DNA from: Methanothermobacter sp.
GTDB taxonomy: Archaea > Methanobacteriota > Methanobacteria > Methanobacteriales > Methanothermobacteraceae
DNA: 24,000 bases
Assembly: GCF_030055425.1 (NCBI RefSeq)
Contig: NZ_JASFYE010000001.1
Location: 363,345 to 387,344 of the forward strand
Direction: 5' to 3'
Positions within the stretch are counted from its first letter, which is position 1. The number at the start of each line of letters is the position of its first letter. Of the stretch, positions 9,300-18,892 are shown piece by piece. Under the pieces are notes generated by a model. It was not told the DNA's origin and ran no database searches. It worked only from the letters and a program-made list of their open reading frames with translations. The position numbers were made by a program, and so were the translations under genes.

Positions 9300-10418
9300 G
9301 TGGTGAAATTCAATAACATAGTCTATGACCCCCAGCTATCCGATAAAAAGTTTCCTGTGAAGGCCTCTGATCCTGAAAGGGAGGCGAAACTTGTTGTTCT
9401 CCAGCCGGTTGGATACCCCTTCGTATGCAACCTGATGGAGTCCCCAAGGATAGATGCCGTTAACAAGGAACTCTTTGAGATCTATGCAAGGGACCAGTGG
9501 GAGGGTTTCAGTGCAACTGAGGGTTCCTATCTATTTGACCAGAAACTGCTCCCTGACTATGCATTCAAGATAATAAGGGCCCACCCTGACGGTTCAAAGA
9601 TAACCAGGAACACCTCCATTATACTGCTGGAGAACGAGAGGGAGGAGTTCCATGAGGTGAAAAGTGATATAACCATGGACGATGTTATCGGTCAGGAGGA
9701 CGCCAAGATAAAGTGCAGGATAATCATGAGGTACCTTGAGGACCCGGACAGATTCATGGACTGGGCGCCCAGGAACGTCCTCTTCCATGGAAGCCCCGGT
9801 ACAGGTAAGACAATGCTTGCAAAGTCCCTTGCAAATGAACTCAGGGTACCCCTCTACCTTATAAAGGCCACAAGCCTCATAGGTGAGCATGTGGGTGACG
9901 GTGCAAGGCAGATACATGAACTCTATGAACTGGCATCAAAAACTGCCCCATCCGTTATATTCATAGATGAGATGGACGCAATTGGCCTAGACCGGAGATT
10001 CCAGTCCCTCCGTGGGGACGTCTCAGAGGTGGTTAACGCACTCCTAACCGAGATGGATGGTATAAATCAGAACTGGGGTGTTGTAACCATAGGCGCGACC
10101 AATAACCCTGAACTTCTTGATAATGCCATAAGAAGCCGTTTTGAGGAGGAAATAGAGTTCAGGTTACCCGGAGATGATGAGAGGCGGATGATGCTTGAGA
10201 AATACATTGAGACCATGCCCCTGGATGTGGATTTCTCTGTGGACAAACTTGTTAAACTGACAAAGGGAATGTCCGGAAGGGACATAAAGGAGAGGGTGCT
10301 TAAAACAGCCCTCCACAGGGCACTGGCAGATGAAAGTCCAAGGGTGGAGCGTGAACACATAGAATATGCTCTTAAGGAGCGTGATCTGAAGGGCGAACCC
10401 AGGCACATGTTCGCCTGA
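9300..10418 (+). CDS. Single-domain AAA+ ATPase with a roughly 140-aa N-domain (Cdc48-related; resembles the AMA group of methanogen/Archaeoglobus AAA proteins)
   Basis: Walker A GSPGTGKT, Walker B VIFIDEMD and second region of homology [16 protein letters not shown] are present. The start is GTG 9300 or GTG 9303, after CAGGTGA. The C-terminus ends ...RHMFA. Confidence 0.85.
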   Translation: MVKFNNIVYDPQLSDKKFPVKASDPEREAKLVVLQPVGYPFVCNLMESPRIDAVNKELFEIYARDQWEGFSATEGSYLFDQKLLPDYAFKIIRAHPDGSKITRNTSIILLENEREEFHEVKSDITMDDVIGQEDAKIKCRIIMRYLEDPDRFMDWAPRNVLFHGSPGTGKTMLAKSLANELRVPLYLIKATSLIGEHVGDGARQIHELYELASKTAPSVIFIDEMDAIGLDRRFQSLRGDVSEVVNALLTEMDGINQNWGVVTIGATNNPELLDNAIRSRFEEEIEFRLPGDDERRMMLEKYIETMPLDVDFSVDKLVKLTKGMSGRDIKERVLKTALHRALADESPRVEREHIEYALKERDLKGEPRHMFA

Positions 10419-10423
10419 ATCCA

Positions 10424-10429
10424 TTTTTT
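10424..10429 (+). terminator. Oligo-T terminator after the AAA ATPase gene
   Basis: A T6 run lies 6 nt after the stop. On the other strand, a T5 run (10528-10532) directly follows the hemA stop. Confidence 0.5.
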
Positions 10430-10533
10430 ATTTATAGAATCCGTTTAAGCTTTGATTTTTCTGGTTAAAGAACTCTGTGAATACAAAAACCAGATTCTCT
10501 ACAGTTGGAGATATCAGAACACATCCCAAAAAC

Positions 10534-11730
10534 CTAAAGTTCCTCACAATCAAAGAGCTCAGAACACATCCTCAAGAACTCTTTATCATCCCTCTCTGCG
10601 GCATCCCTGATTTTGAGTGCGATATCATGGAATATCTTATCAACTATTGACCTTGTGAGACCCTCAACAACCCTCTCAGGGTCCTTGCTGTTTTCAATTT
10701 TCTTAATTGCCTTACCTGCCTCCCTCTGTCGGAGGGACTCCATGCGCCCCCTTATTTCAGCAAGAAGTGGCTCCACCTCCCTGTGCTTCATTGCCCTCAG
10801 GAGGAGTTCAAGTTCAGCCCTTACTATCCCCTCTGCCTCCCTTGCCTCGGCCTCCCTCCTCTTCCGGTTCTCCTCGGCCACGCCCCTGAGGTCATCGATT
10901 GTGAATAGCCTGACTCCAAGTTCCCTCACGGATTCCTCTATATCCCTTGGGTTGGCTATGTCCACCATCACAATGCTGGACCTCCTTTCAGGGGGCACCG
11001 CCTCCATGACACGCTCACGGGTGAGTATGTAGTGTGGTGAGCCTGTGGCACTTATAACAACATCTGCATCCCTGAGGGCCCTGTTGAGCCTGTCGAAGTG
11101 TATTGCATCACCACCGAGTTCGCATGCAAGCTGGTAGGCCCTCTCATATGTTCTGTTTGCCACCATTATTGCCTTGAGGTGTTTTTCGGCGAGGGCGCGG
11201 GCAACCAGTGTCCCCATTTTACCTGCCCCTATAACAAGGACATTCTTGCATTTGAGGTCTCCGTGTATTGACTCTGCAAGATCAACGGCAGCTGATCCTA
11301 TTGAGACGGAACCCCTGTTTATCTTGGTCTTCCGCCTCACGGTCTGTCCCACATGGACCGCCTTGGTGAACACCATATCAAGGAGGGGCCCACAGGTACC
11401 CTCACGTAGGGCCTGTAGCCTTGCAGCCTTTATCTGTCCAAGTATCTGGTCCTCCCCGATTATCATGGACTCAAGGCCTGAAGCCAGCCTCAGAAGGTGC
11501 AGAAGGGCATCATCATCTTTTTCAACTGTAAATCCGTTAAAATCAAATTCAGGTGGAACCCATGTGAGATGAAGGTAGTACTCAACCCTGTTGCAGGTCA
11601 CGAGGGGCACCTTCTCGTTAACGGCTCCAAGGGCCTCAAGTTCACCTACAATCTCCTCTATTCTGCCTGATGCTGTCTCCATTGTCTTCACATCAGAGGT
11701 CTTGTGGTCAAGCCTTATGTTAAGAATCAC
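10534..11730 (-). CDS. hemA: Glutamyl-tRNA reductase
   Basis: 398-aa ORF with a GTG start. It has TCNRVEYY (catalytic Cys), the ESMIIGEDQILGQ segment and the NADPH site VIGAGKMG. Confidence 0.95.
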   Translation of the reverse strand: MILNIRLDHKTSDVKTMETASGRIEEIVGELEALGAVNEKVPLVTCNRVEYYLHLTWVPPEFDFNGFTVEKDDDALLHLLRLASGLESMIIGEDQILGQIKAARLQALREGTCGPLLDMVFTKAVHVGQTVRRKTKINRGSVSIGSAAVDLAESIHGDLKCKNVLVIGAGKMGTLVARALAEKHLKAIMVANRTYERAYQLACELGGDAIHFDRLNRALRDADVVISATGSPHYILTRERVMEAVPPERRSSIVMVDIANPRDIEESVRELGVRLFTIDDLRGVAEENRKRREAEAREAEGIVRAELELLLRAMKHREVEPLLAEIRGRMESLRQREAGKAIKKIENSKDPERVVEGLTRSIVDKIFHDIALKIRDAAERDDKEFLRMCSELFDCEEL

Positions 11731-12337
11731 CTGAAGGCCCCCTATCCATGATTATGTCCCGCGCCCTCCTTATGGCACCCTCCAGGTCGCCGGCTTCAAG
11801 TTTTTCATGTACCCTTTTATCCTCTGAGATCTCATAGAGAATTCTGCGCCTCTTTCTGTGATCCGGAACCTCTTCCATGAGCACGCGACGGGATACATCC
11901 TGAACCTCAATCATTAGTATATCCTCTGGTTTTATGGCCTCCTGGATCCTCCTGCGGAGGTATTTTGCCATCAGTGGACTCTTTTTTCCTGTGAATACTG
12001 AGATTGAAACATCCGCTATTTTGAATGTCGATGGAACAACCACGTTACCCCTTGATGGGTCATCTGCCCGGTTAAGGAGTTTACCCCCTGCAAGTTCAGT
12101 TACCCTTTCATTGAGGCTTCTATCGGGACTTGCGGCAACTATGAGGTCTGCCTTCTTAACCCACTCCCCGAGTTTTTCCTCGGCTATTGAAACAGCGCCT
12201 TCAACTTCCTGTCCAAGAACCGCAACCTCTGCACCGGCCTCGATGAACCTCATCGCCCTTCTTCTTCCAACTTCACCTGAACCCACCACCAGTACCCTCT
12301 TACCTTGCATGTCAATGTAGAGGGGTGTGAGGGACAT
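11720..12337 (-). CDS. sirC: Precorrin-2 dehydrogenase / sirohydrochlorin-forming enzyme (SirC / CysG N-terminal-domain type)
   Basis: 205-aa ORF with the N-terminal Rossmann loop VLVVGSGEVGRRR. Its length and layout fit the siroheme-synthase N-domain family. It overlaps the hemA start by 11 nt. Confidence 0.85.
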   Translation of the reverse strand: MSLTPLYIDMQGKRVLVVGSGEVGRRRAMRFIEAGAEVAVLGQEVEGAVSIAEEKLGEWVKKADLIVAASPDRSLNERVTELAGGKLLNRADDPSRGNVVVPSTFKIADVSISVFTGKKSPLMAKYLRRRIQEAIKPEDILMIEVQDVSRRVLMEEVPDHRKRRRILYEISEDKRVHEKLEAGDLEGAIRRARDIIMDRGPSGDS

Positions 12338-12348
12338 TTTACCATCCG

Positions 12349-12816
12349 TCAGAGGGATTTCATTCTGAGTATCTTCATGGCTGTTCTGAGGTCATTATCT
12401 GCCTCGACAAGGGCCTCCCTGGCCTCCTCAATGGATACCTCAAAGGCTTCTGCCAGGGCCTTCACACTGTCGGTGTCAGGTTTAGAGGTACCCACAAGTT
12501 CCTCTGAGAGCCTCTTTTTGAGTTCCATGTACTCCTCGGTTGTCATGTTGATCCTCTTCATGGCCATGTCCCTGAGTGGACAGGGCTTTGAGGGCTTGCA
12601 GCACCAGACAAGTGAACCGAAGCATGTCCCCTGGCCCTCGCCGAGCCTCGTATTTCTTGCGAATGACTCCTTGATTTCAATGTAATCCTGTGGTGTCAGT
12701 CCCGCCTCCTCGAGTGCTATCATTATTGGGCAGGGCTTCACCGGTGGGCAGCAGAATGTAAGCGCCCTTTTATCACCACCCCTGCAGACATGGGATGGTG
12801 CGTCGCTCCATACCAA
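12349..12816 (-). CDS. Cys-rich methanogenesis marker 9-type domain protein with a C-terminal UBA-like helical tail
   Basis: 155-aa ORF. TTG start lies 6 nt after AAAGGAGGA. It carries eight Cys in two repeats (C-x10-CC-x5-C with [11 protein letters not shown]; C-x6-CC-x5-C with [11 protein letters not shown]). This matches my recollection of the marker-9 domain signature. Confidence 0.7.
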   Translation of the reverse strand: MVWSDAPSHVCRGGDKRALTFCCPPVKPCPIMIALEEAGLTPQDYIEIKESFARNTRLGEGQGTCFGSLVWCCKPSKPCPLRDMAMKRINMTTEEYMELKKRLSEELVGTSKPDTDSVKALAEAFEVSIEEAREALVEADNDLRTAMKILRMKSL

Positions 12817-12949
12817 ACACAGTCCTCCTTTATTAATTATGTTTATTCTGTTAATAATAATTCGTTACATTGTGGCTGAAATATACCACTTAATGCCTTT
12901 AACAGCTTTTTTGATAAATAAATTGTGGTTTTGCAGATAATAAAGGGGG

Positions 12950-14542
12950 TTATTCCCTGAGCATCCCCCTCTTCTCATCGGGTGTGAGGTCCCCGACGAT
13001 TGACTCAGGTTCACCTGTCTTGAGGATCCTGCCCCCCCTCATGAGGGATGCCCTGTCACAGACATCAAGCACGAAGTCCATGTCATGTGAAATTATCAGG
13101 AAGGTCTGATTCAGCTCCTCCCTTGCCTTAAGTATTGAATCTGTAACCTGCACCCTGGTTATGGGGTCCATGGTACCTGTGGGCTCATCAAGAATTATTA
13201 TCCTTGGCTCCCTGATGAGGACCTGGGCAAGGGCAACCCTGTGTCTCTCACCACCTGAGAGCTCATCGGGGTACTTGCCAAGGAGGTTCTCTGCGTACTC
13301 CTCATCAAAGCCCACGGCCTTGAGGACATAGATTGCCTTCATCCTGGCAAATTCAGCCGGGAGTTCAAGGCTGATTGCCTCTGTGAGGTTACCCAGCACA
13401 TCCCTGTGGGGGTATAGGCTGTACTCCTGGTGGAGTATCCCAAGGTAGGGTGTTACACGGCCACGGCCAAGGGGTCCCTTCTCGGTCATGTCTATCCATT
13501 CATCACCCAGCCTCACGCAGACCTTCCCGCTGCTTGGCTCGGTTATTCCAATTATTATCCTTGAGAGAGTCGTCTTACCGGCCCCGCTGAGCCCCACTAC
13601 ACCAAAGATTTCCCCCTCATAGACTGTGAGGTCAACACCGTCAACAGCCTTTACAACACCCCTGTCAATGGAGTAGTAGTGCTTCTTAACATCAACCATC
13701 TTTATGATGGGGGTTTCCCTTTCAAACTCCTTCACCTTCTCAGGTGCGGGCACCTGATCCATGAAACTGGCAACAACGTCATCAGGGTCTCCCTCCTCAA
13801 TTATTTCACCCTTCTCAATCCATATGGCATAATCAGAGAGGTCCCTCATGACCTCAGGCCAGTGGGAGGTTATGATCATGGTTATTCCCTTATCCTTGAC
13901 ACCTTCAAGGAGGGCGTCGTGTATGAGCTCCGCTGTCTGGGGGTCGAGGGTACCGGTTGGCTCATCAGCCAGGAAAACCATTGGCTCCTTGGCCAGTTGC
14001 CTTGCAAGGACAACCCTCTGCTTTTCACCACCACTGAGATCCCTTGCAATGTGGGTTATCCTGTGGCTCATCTGAACCATTTCAAGGAGGTCAAGGGCAT
14101 GGTAGAGGGCCGTTTCATATTCAACATCAGGCATTGACTTTATGACGTTATCGATTACCGTGTCGTCCTCATAGAGGGCGAATGTCCTCTGGAGCATTAT
14201 GGCTATTCTTCTCCTGACGGCGGCGAAGGTCTTCTTGTCACAGTTCCAGAAGTCCACCTCCCTGAGTGAAAATTTTGAGCCGCACCCGCATAACTTACCC
14301 TCAAAGGAGGGGGGTTCAACCCTGAGGCATTCAGGGCAGATTGCCACGTTGTAGATGACACGGCCAGAGTCTGGCCTGTATTCCTTCATACCCCTCAGCA
14401 TGTTTATGAGAACAGATTTTCCTGCCCCACTTCTTCCCAGTATCCCCAGGACCTTGCCCTCATCGATTTCAACGCTGATGTTTTTTAGAACCTCAACACC
14501 CTTAAACTTCTTTGTGACATTTTCCAGCTTTATGAAAGACAT
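12950..14542 (-). CDS. atwA: Methyl-coenzyme M reductase system component A2 (tandem ABC ATPase)
   Basis: 530-aa ORF with two ABC cassettes (Walker A GRSGAGKS and GLSGAGKT; signatures LSGGEKQR and LSGGERHR; Walker B FLADEPT and ILDEPT). No transmembrane domain. The size and sequence are typical of AtwA. Confidence 0.9.
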   Translation of the reverse strand: MSFIKLENVTKKFKGVEVLKNISVEIDEGKVLGILGRSGAGKSVLINMLRGMKEYRPDSGRVIYNVAICPECLRVEPPSFEGKLCGCGSKFSLREVDFWNCDKKTFAAVRRRIAIMLQRTFALYEDDTVIDNVIKSMPDVEYETALYHALDLLEMVQMSHRITHIARDLSGGEKQRVVLARQLAKEPMVFLADEPTGTLDPQTAELIHDALLEGVKDKGITMIITSHWPEVMRDLSDYAIWIEKGEIIEEGDPDDVVASFMDQVPAPEKVKEFERETPIIKMVDVKKHYYSIDRGVVKAVDGVDLTVYEGEIFGVVGLSGAGKTTLSRIIIGITEPSSGKVCVRLGDEWIDMTEKGPLGRGRVTPYLGILHQEYSLYPHRDVLGNLTEAISLELPAEFARMKAIYVLKAVGFDEEYAENLLGKYPDELSGGERHRVALAQVLIREPRIIILDEPTGTMDPITRVQVTDSILKAREELNQTFLIISHDMDFVLDVCDRASLMRGGRILKTGEPESIVGDLTPDEKRGMLRE

Positions 14543-14636
14543 GTGCTCACCCTCAGTTGCTAAAATTAACGTTACCAGTGAAAGATGAATCTGTATTATT
14601 CTTTTGATAAAGGGACTATTAAAATTTTCTAAATTT

Positions 14637-15398
14637 TTAGTCCAGATTAAATCTGATTTCCCTGAGATTGAAGTCTATCCTGCCAGGCATTGCAGCTCTT
14701 GCAATTGATACCGCATCTGCACCTGCAGCAAGCATTGCATCGGCGGATTCAAGGTCTCTCACAGAATTGTTACCTATTAGGACCGCATTCTTTAAGCTCT
14801 GTGAAACTTCACCCACAAGTTCAAGGTCGGCCCTATCCTCACCGGGCTTCATGGCGTCCAGGTGAATGTAGCCTACCCCAAGGTCATCAAGCATTTCTGT
14901 AATTGCAACCGTATCAACTCCAGGCACATTTCCCCGTATCTTGACAGAGACCTCTGCATTGGCACCCTTCACGACCTCAGATGTGAAGTCCTCAAGAAAC
15001 TCAGGGTAATGGAGCATCGCCTGTCCGGCACCCAGGGATGTTATCTCTGGCTGTCTGCAGTGTGCATTTATCTCAACAATATCCACTTCCCTGATGGATG
15101 ATATCTGCATGATGGGTTCAGGGTAAAGGGCCCTGAGGTTCACAGAGACCAGCACCTCAAAACTGTCCTTTATCCTTGATGCCTCAGATTCTACTATGGA
15201 TTTAAGTTCAGAAGAGTCAAAATCAAATTCAGGTCTGCCCCTCCCGGCTATTAGCCTTCCAGCCCTGGATGTTTCCTCATCTGCATTGTAGCCGCCCAGT
15301 GTAACAGCATCGAAACCATAGGGGATAAGTTTCAGGCAGAATTCTGCATCGGTTATACCTGCCATTGGGGCCAGGACAATTATGCTATCAGCAACCAT
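14637..15398 (-). CDS. NifR3/Dus-like (dihydroorotate-dehydrogenase-like) TIM-barrel protein, archaeal short form
   Basis: 253-aa ORF. It has the [10 protein letters not shown]-terminus, [10 protein letters not shown] and [10 protein letters not shown] segments characteristic of NifR3/Dus-type FMN TIM barrels. The exact activity is unknown. Confidence 0.7.
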   Translation of the reverse strand: MVADSIIVLAPMAGITDAEFCLKLIPYGFDAVTLGGYNADEETSRAGRLIAGRGRPEFDFDSSELKSIVESEASRIKDSFEVLVSVNLRALYPEPIMQISSIREVDIVEINAHCRQPEITSLGAGQAMLHYPEFLEDFTSEVVKGANAEVSVKIRGNVPGVDTVAITEMLDDLGVGYIHLDAMKPGEDRADLELVGEVSQSLKNAVLIGNNSVRDLESADAMLAAGADAVSIARAAMPGRIDFNLREIRFNLD

Positions 15399-15442
15399 GG
15401 GTTTTTGGTTAGAAAATCTTGATAATGCAGGACCTCATCCAG

Positions 15443-16192
15443 CTATTCCTTCATCACATGGACCAGGTCATATGTGAAGCCGCCCCTTATCTCCTCGAGG
15501 GCCAGGTCTGCCAGGTTAGCGGCCTTCTCAGCTGTTGGTGCCTTTCCGATACCCGCCTTGAGTGCAACGTTTATCTCGTCATCTATCTCATTGAGTATGC
15601 GAAGCAGACCCTGCGGTTCAAGGCCATTGCAGGGTGACATGAAGTTATCCCCGCCTATGAAGAATAGAAGGGCGCCCTCCTTTATGAGTTTCTTCATCAG
15701 GAAGTGCTGGACCCTGTTAACAATGAATGATGTGTCATAGGCCGGCACAATGTCGGTCATGGTCTCTGTGATGCCATTTATATCAATATGCGCAATCTGC
15801 ACATGGCCCTCTTCCACAAGACCATCTATGGCAAGGACCTCCTTTCTTTCCTCTGACTGGGCTCCCCCATGGCTCTGAAGAGCCCTTGAAGCATTTCTCT
15901 GGGCATCATAGGGTGTCTCAGCGGCCCCCACGCCCATGCTCACGGTTATGGGGTAACGGTTACCTATGGACCTCTGTATCCTTCTGTGGTCCTCCACCCC
16001 TATACCATTGGTGATGGCGAGCATATTATCGAATCTTGTGAAAAAAACAAGTCCCTGACGGGCAGCAAACTGGCGCTGAAGGTCAGCGTAAAGTTCTGCC
16101 TGGAGTATCTGAAGATCAGCCTCATTACGTGGGGCTGGTGTCACTGTCCATGGCCCATAATTGTCTATCTGAATTAAGGTCATCTGTATCAT
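15443..16192 (-). CDS. arfA: GTP cyclohydrolase III (FAPy-forming, ArfA)
   Basis: 249-aa ORF starting [16 protein letters not shown]. The GGDNFM motif is present, as in the archaeal GTP cyclohydrolase III family. Confidence 0.85.
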   Translation of the reverse strand: MIQMTLIQIDNYGPWTVTPAPRNEADLQILQAELYADLQRQFAARQGLVFFTRFDNMLAITNGIGVEDHRRIQRSIGNRYPITVSMGVGAAETPYDAQRNASRALQSHGGAQSEERKEVLAIDGLVEEGHVQIAHIDINGITETMTDIVPAYDTSFIVNRVQHFLMKKLIKEGALLFFIGGDNFMSPCNGLEPQGLLRILNEIDDEINVALKAGIGKAPTAEKAANLADLALEEIRGGFTYDLVHVMKE

Positions 16193-17094
16193 AATATTTC
16201 ACCCAAAAGTATTCTGGCCAACATTATTTTATCCCCTGTGTTTTCCATGATGGTCTTTGTTATCGTTACCTCTTTTATTAGTTTTTCTATTTCCGTCTTG
16301 AGGTTTGAGTCGGCCTCATCAATCACCAGCATGTCAAGAAAATCACTGTACATCTCTGCAAGGCCGAGACTTGAGGCCTCATAGCCTTTAGCTTCCATGA
16401 ATTTCCCGGCGGGCCCGCTGAATGGTCTCCTGCCTATAAATGGTGATACTGCAGATACCTCTGCATCTCTGAGGGCATCCCTAACACCCTCTGTTTTGAG
16501 GATGGGCCCTACGGATGTCACAGGATTGGATGGTCCCACTATGACCCTTTCGGCAGATTCAATCGCCTCTAAAACCCCAGGTGCCGGTTTAACCCTGCTG
16601 AACTGAACATCCAGGACCTCGGGCTCTGACCTCCTCTCCACAAGAAACTCGTGGAATCCCATCTCACCCTCATCTGTAATTATCCTGATATCGGATTCCT
16701 GGTTGCTCATGGGGATAACCCTTGATTCCACACCAAGGGCCCTGCACTGGTGTTCCACAACCCTGTGGAGTGGCATGTCCCTTAAAAGGAGGGTTTTCTG
16801 TATCTTGAATGCCCGGTCAAGGTCGCCTATCCTCAGGAGCTCCGGGCATCCAAGTTCACCAAGCCTCTCATGGGTTATGAATGTGTCATCCCGGACCCCA
16901 TACCAGGTCTCCTCGTTTATTATCCCTGCAAGGGTGTAAATAACTGTGTCGATGTCAGGTGCGACATATACTCCAGAAAAATAGTCATTCTCAACCGTAT
17001 TAACTATCACCGTAACCTCAGAGGGGTCCACAACCCTCACAATGCCCTGCAGGAGTTTCGGTGTGCCTGTACCCCCAGAGAGGACTGTTATCAT
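16189..17094 (-). CDS. cofD: 2-phospho-L-lactate transferase (coenzyme F420 biosynthesis)
   Basis: 301-aa ORF. The N-terminus [16 protein letters not shown] and the GPSNPVTS segment are typical of CofD. Its stop overlaps the arfA start by 4 nt. Confidence 0.9.
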   Translation of the reverse strand: MITVLSGGTGTPKLLQGIVRVVDPSEVTVIVNTVENDYFSGVYVAPDIDTVIYTLAGIINEETWYGVRDDTFITHERLGELGCPELLRIGDLDRAFKIQKTLLLRDMPLHRVVEHQCRALGVESRVIPMSNQESDIRIITDEGEMGFHEFLVERRSEPEVLDVQFSRVKPAPGVLEAIESAERVIVGPSNPVTSVGPILKTEGVRDALRDAEVSAVSPFIGRRPFSGPAGKFMEAKGYEASSLGLAEMYSDFLDMLVIDEADSNLKTEIEKLIKEVTITKTIMENTGDKIMLARILLGEIL

Positions 17095-17102
17095 TGAACC
17101 AC

Positions 17103-17861
17103 CTAATCCCTGAAGACGTCAAGTTCCCGGGGCCTTAAGAGTTCCCTTGCGCTGCCAGTGGCGCGGAGGTGCCCCCATGGGTAACCCCTTACTATGACGG
17201 CGGGTACGCCCTCATCTGCCTGTCCCATCACAAGGGAGGCTGCGGCTGCCAGTTCATCTGCAACCGCCACCCTGGTTGTCTGGAGGCTCCTGCCATAAAG
17301 GTCCAGTTCACCCTTCCGATCCCACACCGGTGAAATACCGGCAACTCCAACTGCAACACCGACAGCCCCCTCCCTGAAGGGCCTTCCCTGTGTATCGGAG
17401 ATTATGACAGCTATTTCCCTCCCTGTGAGTTCATGAAGACCCTCAAGTATCCTTCTGGCGCTTCTGTCAGGGTCCTCTGGGAGTGGGGTTGCCAGTCCAT
17501 CCTCAACATTTGACTCGTCAATACCTGCATTGGCGCATACAAAGCCGTGCCGGGTTTCGGATACTATGAAGTCATGGCCAACCTTCAGTATCTCACTGGA
17601 CTCCTCAAGGATTGCCTCAACTAGTCTGGGGTCCTTACCTGTCCTTGATGCTATTTCAAGTGCCTTTCTGGATGGTTCAATCCTCCTGAGGTCAACGGTG
17701 TTTCCTTCTGCCTTTGCCACCAGTGTTTCAGCGATTACCAGTATGTCACCATCAAGGAGTTCCATGTTTGAGGACTTCACTGCGTCCACTATGAGGGCTG
17801 CTATGTCATCACCCTCTGAGACAAGTGGTAGGCCCTCCACTCCAGTTAGGGTTATCTGCAT
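17103..17861 (-). CDS. cofE: Coenzyme F420-0:L-glutamate ligase
   Basis: 252-aa ORF with the [14 protein letters not shown] and [12 protein letters not shown] motifs of CofE. Confidence 0.9.
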   Translation of the reverse strand: MQITLTGVEGLPLVSEGDDIAALIVDAVKSSNMELLDGDILVIAETLVAKAEGNTVDLRRIEPSRKALEIASRTGKDPRLVEAILEESSEILKVGHDFIVSETRHGFVCANAGIDESNVEDGLATPLPEDPDRSARRILEGLHELTGREIAVIISDTQGRPFREGAVGVAVGVAGISPVWDRKGELDLYGRSLQTTRVAVADELAAAASLVMGQADEGVPAVIVRGYPWGHLRATGSARELLRPRELDVFRD

Positions 17862-17875
17862 TTAAGCACCGGACT

Positions 17876-18487
17876 TCATTTTTCTCCCGTAGCCAGCTTC
17901 CAGCCGTCTCCTCTGTTGAATGCTGCTGCCGAGGTAACAGGGTGTGTGAATGTTGCAAAATCTCCTCCACCCAGTATGAACTCTGCCGCCTCCTCTGCAT
18001 TTCCGGCTTCAAAGGTGGTTTCTGCTGGTTCTGTCTGCTCATAGGTTGAGATGTACATTGAAACGCCTTCAGGGACCCTTCTGATGTTTATCCCATCCTC
18101 TGTAACTATTCCTATGAATGCATCCGAGTCATTGATTGCCGCTGCGATTCGTGGGGTGTTTAGTTCATCCTTCTCATAGTCCATTGTAAGGAGGGAGAAG
18201 CCCAGGGCGTCCTTCAGGTTCATCCCGAGGGATATCTTATCTGCAATGGTATCGGTATGGGAACCGTTGGATACAACCGCAGTCCCATCAACTATCCTTA
18301 TACAGTTGTATGCTATGTAGGGGTTTTTGAATACGTCACCCTCACAGCCCTCAACTGGTACAATCGCAACCCTTTCCTCAAGGAGCCTTGCAGTCCTGTT
18401 TGGGAAGGATCTGCTGGAGACCCTGTACGCCACGAAGGATCCGCTGCTGTTTCTCCCAACTGCCAGTATTCTTCCAAGATACATCAA
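17876..18487 (-). CDS. purO: Archaeal IMP cyclohydrolase
   Basis: 203-aa ORF starting (M)[12 protein letters not shown], with [11 protein letters not shown]. It matches the PurO family known from Methanothermobacter. Confidence 0.9.
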   Translation of the reverse strand: MMYLGRILAVGRNSSGSFVAYRVSSRSFPNRTARLLEERVAIVPVEGCEGDVFKNPYIAYNCIRIVDGTAVVSNGSHTDTIADKISLGMNLKDALGFSLLTMDYEKDELNTPRIAAAINDSDAFIGIVTEDGINIRRVPEGVSMYISTYEQTEPAETTFEAGNAEEAAEFILGGGDFATFTHPVTSAAAFNRGDGWKLATGEK

Positions 18488-18501
18488 ATCACCTGCACAA
18501 A

Positions 18502-18888
18502 TTATGACGGTGTTTTAACCGCCCTATCGACCGGGAGGTCTGGTGGTGCTGTTATGATTATTGCCCCCTCCCTGGGCCTTATTATTATTTCACCCTCATC
18601 TATGACCCGGGTGTGGACTGCCACCGCACTGTTCTTTATGTGGCTGGACATGTCAATGCCATTAACCGTTACCCGCCTCAGGCCTGCGACAGGTATTAGG
18701 TAGTACTCTGATGGCCCGGTGTTTTCACTTATCTGGGGCTTTCCTGATGCCTCACCTGCCCCCCCTGAAAAGGTGGTTGTCACCACAAGGAAAATCAGTA
18801 TTGTGAACAGTATATCAATGAATGGGACCATGTTGAACCTTGGCCTCCCATGAACCTTGTTCCTGTACCTCTCTGTATCCAGGACCAT
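18502..18888 (-). CDS. exbD: ExbD/TolR-family proton-motor stator subunit
   Basis: A single N-terminal TM segment, [16 protein letters not shown], retains the family's conserved membrane-embedded Asp. I prefer ATG 18888 (4 nt after the exbB stop; 128 aa) over the track's TTG 18915 extension, which overlaps exbB. Confidence 0.8.
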   Translation of the reverse strand: MVLDTERYRNKVHGRPRFNMVPFIDILFTILIFLVVTTTFSGGAGEASGKPQISENTGPSEYYLIPVAGLRRVTVNGIDMSSHIKNSAVAVHTRVIDEGEIIIRPREGAIIITAPPDLPVDRAVKTPS

Positions 18889-18892
18889 TTTA

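Noticed and set aside
10456-10494. 7-bp inverted repeat TCTGGTT/AACCAGA with a 21-nt loop in the convergent AAA/hemA spacer, considered as a bidirectional terminator hairpin.
   Set aside because: The stem is short and the loop long. Oligo-T tracts next to both stop codons already explain termination.
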